In this document: positions 36,575 to 48,930 of the stretch, piece by piece
Layout of the letters: every line of letters begins with the position of its first letter
How positions within the stretch are numbered: position 1 is the first letter of the stretch
Source of the DNA: Dimorphilus gyrociliatus
Taxonomy: Eukaryota > Animalia > Annelida
Direction: 5' to 3'
Length of the DNA: 64,000 nt
Assembly (NCBI GenBank): GCA_904063045.1
Contig: CAJFCJ010000118.1
Coordinates: forward strand, 36,723-100,722
Translations under genes and position numbers: made by a program
Notes under the pieces: model-generated
Told to the model about the DNA's origin: nothing
Databases searched by the model: none
Seen by the model: the letters and a program-made list of their open reading frames with translations, nothing else

Positions 36575-37470
36575 TATTTTCATAATTTTTTTTCTTATTT
36601 GGCCGTGAGTCACATTATTCCAGACAATGGTTTGGGGACTAATATTTGTACTACTTCTGTATTTGATGACCTTCTTTCTCAATGCACGTAATGATTCTGG
36701 GTTCTCCATACCCCAAACACACCATCCGAGGTTATTAGTCCCCAAACCATTACTCCACCTCTGCCCATATTTTTTGTTAATCTCATCTCTTTTTCCCTGT
36801 CATTTGTCCAGGTCACGAAGTTGTCAGGACCACTCAATGAAAGCCTTGCCTCATCTGTAAATATGACTCTTGACCAATCTAAGTTATCTCAAATAGTTTT
36901 TAAACAATACTGTTTCCTTCTTTTGCAGTCATTGCTTGTGAGATCAACTCTTTGTCAAATTCATTTATAACGAAAATTTTGTAATTTCAACTCTCTCTGA
37001 ATTGTCTTCAGGCCTACATCTACCTCCAATTGATTTAAAATCTTCCTCTTGTCGCCCTTTCCTTGTTTCTTTTAAGTCTCTTCACAATCCTATTCATTCT
37101 TACTACATTTCTTTCTTTGAATCTCTTTGGATGACCCCTATTCTCTTGTTTGGGTGGCTTATACGTTAAAATAATGCCATTCCCAAAGCCCTTGCAGTTG
37201 CCCTTACTTTCCCCAATTCTTCATATTTCTGGATTACCAGGTTCCCAACCTCTTTTCCCCATGCCATAATGAAATAAATGATATAAAAATTAACTAAAGT
37301 AGGTAAAATAGATAATAAGTAATCAACTTAACTTGGAAAATTAATTTTGTTGAAAAAAATTTCAGTTTAAGATGTCTATTTAAATGCAAAACTGGATGTA
37401 ATCCAGATGTACAGTTAATTTGGACTTACAGCCAAATAAAGAAAAAAACAATGAAAATTAATAAAAAAAT
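36575..37470 (-). mobile_element. Tc1/Tc3-like transposon relic
   Basis: DWSRVIFTDEARLSLSGPD on the minus strand near 36810-36880. Inverted repeats lie at ~36575-36612 and ~37423-37465. Confidence 0.7.
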
Positions 37471-38531
37471 TTTGCTAATAATTTTCACAAATATGATAAT
37501 TTTCTATAATTTTTTCAGTATTACATAAATATAACTCTTTCTTCATGGAAATTTAGACAAAAAAACCAATTTAAACAAAGATAACATTTTTGGGGTGTTT
37601 TCAAAATTGGCCTATCAAAATTTACAGTGTCTGGGTATTTTAGACTTTGACTTTATTTACACTAGTTGTAAATTTTCAGCTCGAGAGGACAATAAAGGGG
37701 AGAGTAGCTATGTGGAACTGTCCAACTTTACAATTACACTTGGAAATATTCAAGGATACTGTTCCATCTGTTGAAGGTGTCCTCTATGCTAATTATAATT
37801 CTTTCGGCAAAATTGCTTTGAAATTTAAATATCTACCATTGAGTAGTGTAAGAGTTTTGTGTCAAAAAATGAATTTTAGCCAATTTCATTGACTTGCTTT
37901 TCCGATTAAACTGAAGTATCGTCAAAGACAATTTGAATATTGATTGTTTTGAAGAAAATTGCGAATTCACTTATAATGTGAATTCAACAACAAATGTTGG
38001 TTTTGGAATTAAATGCTATAAAAAATATGGATCGTGTAAATATTGTTTTTAAATATGTTTTATTTTGTTTGTTAAATTCCAACTATAAAAATTATGCTCT
38101 AGATTTCTTTGCAATAAAAAGAAAATGGATTTTTCTGCTTCTCTTACACTACGGTCGAGATAATAAAAACTATCACGTGACTACAAGAGAATTAAAAAAA
38201 TTTAAAGGAAATTGTAAGAAGATTGAATTCTATATCCTTAATAGAAAATTGATAAAAAAGATAAAAATGGAAAAGGATTTGAATAGTTTGTTATTGGAGG
38301 AAAATGAATGGATATTGAGCAACATTACAAAATTTTACATATTAAAATGTCATCTTCACGAATTCAGAGGTAGGATGAGGAATCCTTACTTCTTTTTTAA
38401 AACAAAAAAATGTGTAGATACAGAAATATTACTAACTGGGAAAGATAAAAAAGATGATTTTATCATTGAACATTTGTACAATAAAACTTCGTCCCCTTAT
38501 TATTTCAAATCGAAAACTTATGGAATAACAG

Positions 38532-39166
38532 TGTACAACTTTGGTTATATTTTACATGCTTGAACTCTATTATTTTATGCAACATATACATGTACATCTT
38601 AAAACCTATGCAAGAAAATGCTATAACATTGGCCAAACATAAGTCTGATTAGTCAGCTTCAAGGCTCATCTTTAATTACCAATAAAGGTTTGGCCAAGTT
38701 ATAATTTAATTAACTTGCCTAGGGTGTGGCCAAGTTATAATTCAATTAACCTTCCTAAATGTTCAACCTTGTAACATCCTCTTACTAAACATAAATATGA
38801 ACTACACATTTCGGCAACTGTAAAGTGATGATGGATGTCAGAGACAAACCTCAAAGTATATAAATCCTCATTATTCTCATTTGGCATGCAGCTTCCATCT
38901 GGACCCAAGGACCTGGGAAAATCATCTGGAAACAACCTCCACTGGAACCATGCATCTACTCCTCAACATTGGAAGACAGTTTGGTAATTTGGCAACCTGC
39001 TATTACAAACTATCTACTCTGCTATCGAACTCTCATATTGTTACTTGCTTAAGTATTATTATTGCGAATAAACCGTTTTAATTTAAACATTTGTTTAAAA
39101 GGTTCGAGTAGAACCAGTATTGTTATAACTTGCAAACGCATAGATTTTGCCAGCAAGAGCAGTACA
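38532..39166 (+). mobile_element. Solo LTR family B (635 bp) with 4-bp TSD ACAG
   Basis: TGTACA...AGTACA is flanked by ACAG at 38528-38531 and 39167-39170. The empty site GGAATAACAGTATAC is present in the paralogue at ~41616-41630. Same length as, and near-identical to, 59072-59706. Confidence 0.95.
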
Positions 39167-39246
39167 ACAGTATACTTTAGTCTAGTAAATGAAATTAAAA
39201 TTCAAGCAGCATTTGTAATGATATGTAAAGTATTTTTCAATGACCT

Positions 39247-39987
39247 TGTGCACTTAGATATAAGGGTAGATTAGAAAGACTTCTATTTTATAGGAATTAG
39301 ACTGGTGCAACTATAGAAATACTTATATTTCGTACGAATTATAGTGGTGGAACTTTAGAAAGACTTTTATTTCGTAGAGTTAGCTTTTAGTACTTTAGAA
39401 AGAACTCTATTTCGTAAGAAATAGACTCTTTGACTGTAACAGATGGTGGCTACTTGGGGAATTAACAAAGGAACAAAGAACATGGAAAAGATGCAGGTCA
39501 AACACCAGATGCTGATGAGACAGGCCTATTTGCTGTGGCACATGTTTGGCATGTGGCCCTAATCTTAGGATTATATTTTATATGTGTGATATAACAGTCT
39601 TTCATATTTTTGTTGTATGAGAATTATGAGACTGTCAGATTTCAACTTTGTAATCCTTTGACCACTTGAACCCAAGCTTTGGAAAATGTATAAAAGGAAA
39701 TGCATTTCCTCAGCTTGTCAGTTCAGTTCTTTAACCGTTAACTGGTTGTTTAAACTTACTTGTTTAGAACTAGAAACTCATTTACTCAAAACATATTCTT
39801 TGGACGAAATACTGGTATTTTGTTGAATAATTTCTACCGAAATTACATTTGTTAAGACTATTTGTGGACGAACTTGAAAGGTTCTTCTAATTGGACCAGT
39901 ACTTTGGTAAATTGATAAATGATTGGAAAGGACGAATACTGTTCTGAAGAAGCAGAAATTCCTACAATTACAATACAACAAAGTACA
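39247..39987 (+). mobile_element. Solo LTR of family A type (741 bp) with 5-bp TSD GACCT
   Basis: TGTGCA...AAGTACA is flanked by GACCT at 39242-39246 and 39988-39992. The empty site CAATGACCTACAATC is present at ~41692-41706. Confidence 0.88.
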
Positions 39988-40765
39988 GACCTACAATCTG
40001 ATTGCACCACAAAAAATTGAGTCTACAACATTGGAAGAAGAAAAATATGTATTGTTTTATTTTTCTCTTAAATTAATTCATAAATTAAAAATTCAACAAA
40101 AATAGAAACCAAAGATCGAGAGTTGTTTTCTGGACAATGAGTATTGCCTAACAGATTTAACTGAAAATAATAAGTATGTCTATATGGATAATATGGATTT
40201 ATAGTGTGCAAAAATTTTGGATTTAAATCAGGAACACTCACCAGACATTTTTTAGCACATTTTTCACATTGAAGACCACGTGATGTTATAAAAACTTTTC
40301 TCTCTTTGTAAACATACATACATTTTAGAAATGACACATTTTAGTGTGTTAAGCATCCATCTGTTCAGCACAATAATACAATAATGAATTAAAACAAGTT
40401 TCTTTGGTCTTTGCATTGGTGAGCTAGAAATCAAGGAAAATCATAAGACTTTCTGATCAAAGTATGCAAAGCTATTATGGGATGTTTTTTCCCATACTAT
40501 AAGGCAAGAATTGTTCTTATATTGATTGTAATATAATCTATTATATACATAAAACAAATCAAAAATAATCTATTCTTACATAAAGAATTCTCCATTACAT
40601 TTTCTAATTTGAATAAAGAAAATTTAATCTTTTACTTTTCAAATTCATTTACAAAATGATTAAATTAATTTTTCAAATACAAAACACAATGATATCAAAT
40701 CTGTCTTATTTAAAAAGTGATTTTTGTGTTAAACATTTCATTGTACCATTATTAAGAAAATAGGA

Positions 40766-43700
40766 ATGAGAGACACACTTTACTTACTAATACCATTCTT
40801 ACTTTTTAACCATCCAACTTTACAACTTCACTTGGAAATATTCAAGGATACTGTTCCATCTGTTGAAGGTGTCCTCTACGCTAATTATAAATCTTTCGAT
40901 AAAATTGCTTTGAAATTTAAATATCTACCATTGAGTAGTGTAAGAGTTTTGTGTCAAAAAATGAATTTTAGTCAATATCACGGACTCGCTTTTCCGATTA
41001 AACTGAAGAATCATCAAGACAATTTGAATATTGATTGTTTTAAAGAAAATTGCGAATTTAGTTATAATGCGAATTCAACAACAAATGTTGGTTTTGGAAT
41101 TAAATGCTATAAAAAATATGGATCATGTAAATATTATTTTTAAATATATCTGTTTTGTTTTCTAAATTCCAAATGTGAAAAAATATGCTCTAGATTTCTT
41201 TGCAATAAAATCAAGATTTAATTTTCTGCTTCTCTTACACTACGGTCGAGATAATAAAAACTATCACGTGACTACAAGAGAATTTAAAAAATTTAAAGGA
41301 AATTGTAAGAAGATTGAATTCTATATCATAAATAGAAAATTGACAAAAAAGATAAAAGTAGAAAAGGATTTGAATGGTTTATTAGTGGACGAAAATGAGT
41401 GGATATTGAGCAACATTACAAAATTTTACAAATTAACATGTTCTCTTCATGAATTCAGAGGTAGGATGAGGAATCCTTACTTCTTTTTTAAACCAAAAAA
41501 AAAATGTGTAGATACAGAAATATTTCTAACTGGGAAAGATAAAAAAGATGATTTTATCATTGAACATTTGTACAATAAAACTTCGTCCCCTTATTATTTC
41601 AAATCGAAAACTTATGGAATAACAGTATACTTTAGTCTAGGAAATAAAATTAAAATTCAAGCAGCATTTGTAATAATATGTAAAGCATTGTCAATGACCT
41701 ACAATCTGATTGCACCACAAAAAATTGAGTATATAACATTGGAGGAAGAAAAACAGGTATTGTTTTATTATTTTTTTTAAATAATTCCTAAATTAAAAAT
41801 TCAACAAAACTAGAAACCAAGGATTGGGAATTGTTTCCTGGACAATGAGTATTGCATAATAGATTTAACTGAAAATAATAAGTATGCAAATATCAACAAT
41901 ATGTTCATCTTGCAAAACTCGTGTGAAGAAACGACTTCCGGTATATTTATCAAATTTAAATAGCTGTACCTTTGTTTAAGGCGCGTTGTAAAAATAGGAT
42001 TTATTCGCAAAACAAAATTTCAATTTTTCAATCAGACACTTTAAACAAAGGTCATTGTCACTTTTTATACTTTTACACTATTTTGTTAAATTATTTTAAG
42101 AACATACCTACAAGTTTTACAATCCTGAAAATCAGCATGCTTTATATATAAATGACAGTCATAATCTTGAAGAGTTTAAAGGAGCTTTATTAAAATTTTG
42201 GAACAATGGATGGATTCCAATTGATTTTGCTTTTGATCACGAGGTTCAAGTAGTGTGCAAAAGTTTTGGATTTAAATCGGGAACACTCACCAGACATTTT
42301 TTAGCATCTTCATACCGTCGATACAGTTTTGGTCATTTCCACTGCAACGGAACTGTAGCAAATATACTACATTGCAGTCATGACAAAAGGTAAAAGATTG
42401 ATATTTTTTTGCAAATAATTTTACCATATTCTTTTCCTATAAAGACTTGTTCGAACTAGTTTTATTTTTTCCTTCCAATGTTTCAAACATTCCTATTATC
42501 AGTTGGATTGTGACGAAGTCAATTTCCAATTAAGCTGCTACACTTTCAAAGATTATGATCCTCAAAATCCTACATTAAACATGAATTTTGGATATAGTTA
42601 TAATTCTGTAGACAAAATTTGCACTGATCAAAATTTAACAATAACCAGCTTGTTAACTCCAAATTTCAAGTTTCTTGCTGAATATTTCTCTGATAAATTC
42701 AATTATAAACACAGGATATGTAAATGATTTAAATACGAAGATAACAATAAACAATTTTGAAAAAAATATTGTCTTTTTAAAAATCTAGTCCTAAAAAAAC
42801 GACAGAGTGTGATGAATATTTTAGTTTTGGTTACAAATGGAGGCTACCCTGCTTCATATCTACCAGTTTACGATTTTAGAAAGGTATATATATGTATATT
42901 TATATACTGTATATACACATATCTACAGTATTGGATATTCAAAAGTCTTTGTCACACCATGGAAAATATATAGAAAACTCCTAATTAATAGAAATGCTAT
43001 CTTTCTTTTCTCTTCTTGAAGTGTTGAAAAAGTGTTTTATAACATATAAACATTTTACTGTAACAAAGACTTTACACAGAGCACTACTGTATGTGGTGGG
43101 TGCAATGTAATAAAGTAGAAATGTGGAAGGAAGAACACAAATTTGAACTTTTAATTGCAGCATAACACTTTTAAATGTTATTCAAATCTTTCTTTTTCTT
43201 TCAATATTCAGTATAACTGCCACTGGTCAGATTATAATTATCCATTTATCAGGAGTAAAAGCTGTCTACAATACATAGAGTAAGTTTTTATGCAACACGA
43301 AAATCGTTTATCAAAATCAATATCTGTCATGAAATTAGCGGCAACGTACCAGAGATTGTAAGTTGTAATATGTTAATGCAGGTTTATTCTTGTCAAAAAC
43401 TGGCTAGTTTGTTTTTTGTTTCTTATAGCCAATTTCAAATAAGTTTATCTAATTTTTTCCATAAGAGTTTCCCTCACTACAAAGAGAATTTTATCAGTCT
43501 GATTTAACGTTTAAGGAATTCCAGAAGAAAAATTCATTTTTTTGTAATAAAAGTAAATTTTTCGTCAATAAAGTATATCTATGTGATGGATTTAAAGACT
43601 GTTCATTTGGTGAAGATGAGGAAAATTGTCAAATAACTGATTTTATGAAATTTCAATGTCATAATACTAATCAGGAAATTCATATAAAAGAAGTTTGCAA

Positions 43701-46700
43701 TTATTTCAATGATTGTCTGGATAGTTCTGATGAAAAATATTGCCGTAAAAAGAAATTGTCTTCTTTTTAAATAATTTGTGTTTAACATTGAAAAATACAT
43801 TTTCAGGTAATTACTGTTTGCCAAATCAGTGGTAATTTCTCCATTTTTTTGTTGATAAACTAACATTTACTTGTCGTAAAAACCATACTAAGGAAATGCA
43901 ATAATGGTAAATGCGTGAATCTAACACAACTATGCGACAATGAAAGAAATTGTATTGATTTCACTGATGAAATGTGCTATGAAAATAGTAACATTTATCA
44001 AAATATTTTTGGAACAAGTATACAAAAAAAAGAGTTCAATTGACTTTTCAATATTTCATATGAATTATCTTCATTTAGAATGTAACAATGCAACTCAATT
44101 TGAATGTCCAGAGAAATGTATACCAAACTTTCAAATGTGCGATTTCAGAGCTAACTGCTTTAATGGTGAAGATGAAAATTATGATCTATGCAAAAATATA
44201 AGATGTAAAAAAGCTTCTGAAGTTCATAAAGCATGTACAATTGAGTACACTTCAATGGGAATTTTAAAAGAATCATTTCACAATTCATTGACATTAACGG
44301 CTGATTGTAATAAAGTAAAATGTAGACAAGGAGAATATTTATGCAAATTGCACAAATATTGCATATCAATTGAGCAATATTGTGACCATATTGTTGACTG
44401 TTATCTCGGAGATGACGAATATGATTGTGGTCTCTAGACAATTATTTTTTTTAATAAAATAATTTTATTTTTGAGTTAACCTATTGATTTCTGATAGAAA
44501 ATTTTTTTGGTGAAGGATTTTTCAAATGCAGAAAACAGAGATTGTTCTTGAACTCTACAAAAATTTGCAATGGTATTGTGGATTGTCAATATGGAAGCGA
44601 CGAAGAACTTTGCACAAATCTTCATTATCCATTTAATAATTGTCAAACAAGCGATTTTCAAGATATAAAATGCATTAATTTAACTGACATTTCATTAATA
44701 GGAAGATCCTTTATGAAAATTATCATTAACAATTTTAATCATATTTTAAAAGATATTCAATACAAACACTTCTCTGTGAATTACCTAGAAATTACTCATT
44801 CAATAATACTTTCTGAAAATTTTCTAATGAATTTTCCAAATGTAGTGTCTTTAACACTGAAATATATAAATAATTCATTTCAAATGCTCACCTATTTGAA
44901 ACCATTAAAATTATTACAAAATTTGGATGTATCTTTTAATCATATAGATAATTTATCTTTTTTAAAAGAATTCCAATCAATCAATTTAAGATATTTGGAT
45001 ATTTCTCATACAAAGATAACACAACTTTTCAGAGTGGATTTTAAGAATTTTATAAAACTTGAAACTTTAAAAATAACCCATTGCAATTTAAATACTTTGG
45101 ATATTGGTTCAGTGAATTTTTTAAGTAGTTTGAGAGAATTTCATTTAAATAATACTAGATATCCATATTTACAAATGGAAACTACTGTTCAAAAGTTTCA
45201 AAAACTTGAAAAATTCTTCTCGCCTAGTTATTTAGTTTGTTGTATTATATGGAAATATTTGAGAAAAATTAAAGTTTGCTATCCAACTAAATCACTTTTT
45301 AAGAGTTGTACAAAAATGTTAAAATTTACATATGTTTCAATTATTTTATGGATTTATGGAATATTTGGTTTTCTGGGAAATTTTTTGGCACTTTTACATT
45401 TAATAATTCATGTAAAGACTGGTAAAACATTTAGATTAATGTTATCATTTGGAGATATCCTGACATCATTTTATGTCTTAATAATCAGTTGTATTAATGT
45501 ATATTTTGGTGAGAATTATGTTGACAATGACTATCAATGGAGAAATAGTGTGTTCTGTAATTTTCTTGGTTCTGTAATGACTTTTTCTCTCATCCTCTCA
45601 GTTGGCAGTGTTACTTTAGTAACTATGGAGAGACATTCATCAATTTTTAAGCCTTTTCTGGCAAAAACTCGCCAAAAACAAATATATATTGTAGCAATAG
45701 GTTTCTTCATTTCTGCTCTTGTAATTACAATGCTGCCAGTTTTAGTTTATGAGGTATGAATTGAATTTTGGGATGATGTTGAAAATATCCATGTTAGAGC
45801 TTTTAGCTTATTCTCTCCAATCCCTTCTCGAGATTCACCCAAATGCAAATAGTTCACTTTACACCCAAAATATCCCAAAATGGATATTTTCAATAGCTCA
45901 TTCCCAAAAAATTTATTTACAGACTTAGTGGTTCATAAAAATGTTTACCAACTATCTTTTTTGAAAGAAATATTACTCAACCACACCAGTTTGCTTTAAT
46001 GTTTATATTAGAAGTACTAAAATGGAAGGGTGGATCTTTTCATTTCTGCTATTTAGCATTTATCCACTGTTGAGTTGTATTCTTATACTTGTGTTGTATA
46101 TTGATATTTTTCAGAGAGTGTTGAAATCTGGTAAACAATTTCAAAATCAAAATTTAAAAAATTACAAAAAGTTGGGTGGGAAAGCCTTTTTCATTATTTT
46201 CACAAATGTTACAAGTTGGTTACCATTTTCAATATTAGGTAAATTTCTTTTGTGCTTTTCAAATGTGTTTCATAAAGTTGATTAAATTTTAAGGAGTTAT
46301 TTCAATGAATGGGAATTTTCATCTAAGTGACACTTTATATATCATTATAACCTTATTAATTATTCCATTAAACTCTTTAATAAATCCATATATTTATTCT
46401 ATTTTTTTAAGCTTCAACTTATTTAGAAAAAGAAAATATAAAGAACTTTTAAAACAGTTGGTGAAGAAGATACAATAATATTTCTTATTCTAATATTGTG
46501 CCTTGATTTTAGGAAAATTTTGTTGGAACATACTACTGATCAACTATATGAAACTTGTAAATATTTTTTAAACAATCTCTTATAGGACAATTTTGATATA
46601 AGGTCAAGGGTACTAAGGAACAGTTATAGAAATTTCAATTTTCCTATACTTAAAAATGGCTCCTTAGAACTTTTGCAATTCTTATCTCATAATTATGGTG

Positions 46701-47873
46701 CGATCGCAATATTGTAGACGCTTTGTATTTTTAACTATAACAATTAACTAATTGTTTTTAAATGTTACAGCCTACCGTCTACTATAGAACAATTAACTAT
46801 TTTATTTTTTAATAGTTGCCATTTGGATAGAAGTAAGTCAATGGTGTTCTGATAAAAGGAGGATGGTTTTCTCCTCAGAAATTCCTTGGTGTCTTTTTTT
46901 AATTCATCTATTCCCCTGATATGATATTTTAGTTTTCCAAGAAAGTAATAATCAGATAGAACCAAATCAGAGCTGTGTGGGGATGTGAACATATAGGCCA
47001 TGCCTGATTTGTCATAAAATCTGTAGTTCGAGACTTTTCATCCTGATTAAGGTCATAAGGGATCCATTTAGCACAAATTTTTCTATACCCCATCCCCTTA
47101 ATCATCTTCCCAATAGCCTCTGGGCAAATGTCCAATTTTTTGGGAATTGCTCTCTGTTTAATCTTCCTTGTCAAGCCTGCCAACTACTTCTTTATTTGGA
47201 TCTGTTATAGCTGTCTTTCAACAACCGTATCTTGGCAAATCTTCAAGATTTGCAGCTGCGTTCACCAAAATAAATCTGTAATGGCTGGACAGATCTGAAT
47301 GAAAGTTTATAGATTAGAGAAAATATTTGGAAAGTATCAGTAGTATTAGTCAGGCCATTTTAAAACTACAGCAAAATGTCTACAATATCGCGATCATACT
47401 TAATATAATTATCTCTTTTTTTAACATTTGTTTAAATGATAAAATAAAATCTTTTCAATATATTTTTTATAAAAAGTCACAGAATTTGTAAATTTAAGTG
47501 AAAGAAATTTTGTGAAATTGTGTGAAAATCCCAAAAGATATTGTGAACTTCAGTTCCATTATAAATTTTACTCAAATTTAAAATATTTTCAATGCATAAA
47601 AGAGAGTTTTCAAATTGTAAAATTTCTTCATCGTTATAACGTGTCATTCGAAAACGAATTACTGATTCAAGATATCAAATTTGAGGTTGGAATTAATGCA
47701 TTTATATTTACATCTTTTTTTAAAAAGCCCTACTTTTTAAGATTTCAAGCAATCATTATGTTATTTTCAAAAATTCATATAAAAGAGGAACATTTGAAAA
47801 AAAAATGAATGACATTCAAAATATGGGCAATATTGTAAGGAAAATTCTTCAATATAGAAATAGGTTCAAGTGA
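40766..47873 (+). CDS. GRL101-like LGR receptor 2 (SRCR-like, LDLa, LRR, 7TM, kinase-like tail); tail interrupted by a mariner relic
   Basis: Signal MRDTLYLLIPFLLF; LDLa repeats at 43570-44600; LRRs and TM1-4 in 44542-45759 (LVCC hinge, MERH); TM5-6 in 46022-46239; TM7 IPLNSLINPYIY in the exon from 46294. The last tail exon ends at TGA 47871-47873. Confidence 0.85.
46696..47400 (-). mobile_element. Internally deleted mariner element with TIRs
   Basis: Inverted ends GATCGC(A/G)ATATTGTAGAC; transposase pieces GYRKICAKWIPYDL and DLVLSDYYFLGKLK...FYQNTIDLLLSKW. Confidence 0.88.
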
Positions 47874-48027
47874 ACTGTCCTAGTGAAGACTACTTCACTA
47901 TAAATTTTTGTAGTATAGCACAAATGAAAATTTTTATGTGTTTATACCCAATACATGAATCAAAATAATCTGGTCAAACTATTCATAAAGGTTAGGTTTT
48001 GGAGTTAGAGATTAGCACAATCTGAAT

Positions 48028-48200
48028 GGGATCGACAGAAAATGTCCACAAATGAGAAATGGTTAGGCAGAAGAAAACAGCAACTTATTTGTACTTAGGA
48101 GGATTTCCTCTAACGGTTAGGGGTAATGGAAAAGGTTAGGTACAGCTAAGGGCTGGGTTAGGGTTAGGGTAAAAGCACTCATTTGTGGACATTTTCTGTC
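48028..48200. mobile_element. Telomere-repeat MITE, copy 4
   Basis: GACAGAAAATGTCCACAAATGA...TCATTTGTGGACATTTTCTGTC with the GGGTTAGGGTTAGGGT core. Confidence 0.88.
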
Positions 48201-48416
48201 ATTAGTTAAAATAAATTCTCTCAAAGTTGACAAAAATGGAAATAATTCCATCGTTTTTACAGTGATGACATAGACTATATATACTATTTTTGCTATATTT
48301 AATTATTTCAGCAAAAAAAAAACATAATTAAATGAATGGCTTCCACAAAGAAATGGGGCATGGAGTCAGCAAATGTATGGAAAAAGAGGGTAGTCTTATT
48401 AAAAAATAGGATAGGG

Positions 48417-48823
48417 TGTACTTTCCTGCTGGGATTGTAGGTAAGGACTGGTCCAAATAGAACCGAATTAGGAGTAAGCCACTTAGAAGAGAGGTGTAGA
48501 ATTGAGGAAGGATGAATTCAGAAGCAAAATGTAAGAATAATATAACTGTATTCTAAAGTAATACTAGACCTGTTCACTAAGGCAGTTGATTCAGGACTAA
48601 ATGCATGTTACTACCTATGCTCTGCTTTTATACAATTCTTTATCAGTTGTTTATGCCTTAGCTGTCAAAAACAAGGGTCTAACCCCAGATAAGAATTATT
48701 CACAACTTTTGATTCTGGCAGTTGGGTACCATCTACCCTAGAGGCAACACCTACTTCAACATTTCTACCATATAATGAGTATTATTTATAAAAATTCTAT
48801 AAAATATAGTTCATAATTGTACA
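48417..48823 (-). mobile_element. Solo LTR family C with an internal deletion of ~165 bp
   Basis: Colinear with 35997-36571, with both termini present. The flanks TAGGG/TAGAG are a possible 5-bp TSD with one mismatch. Confidence 0.9.
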
Positions 48824-48930
48824 TAGAGTATTTTCAGTTATTCTATTGTCAGATATCAATATATTTACAACTGAACTTGAATGTTATAGTTTGTTAGTGT
48901 ATTGAATGTTAGGCTAATCAGTTATAACTA

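Larger units (their letters stand above)
37720..40320 (+). pseudogene. Partial tandem duplicate of the 5' exons of GRL101-like receptor 2, with stops, frameshifts and two solo-LTR insertions
   Basis: Near-identical to 40810-41900 and 42255-42310. TGA replaces GGA near 37890. Confidence 0.85.

Noticed and set aside
38881-39081. ORF repeated at 59156-59413 (ACSFHLDPRTWENHL...)
   Set aside because: It lies inside two near-identical LTR copies, so its conservation reflects DNA identity. There is no evidence of coding selection.
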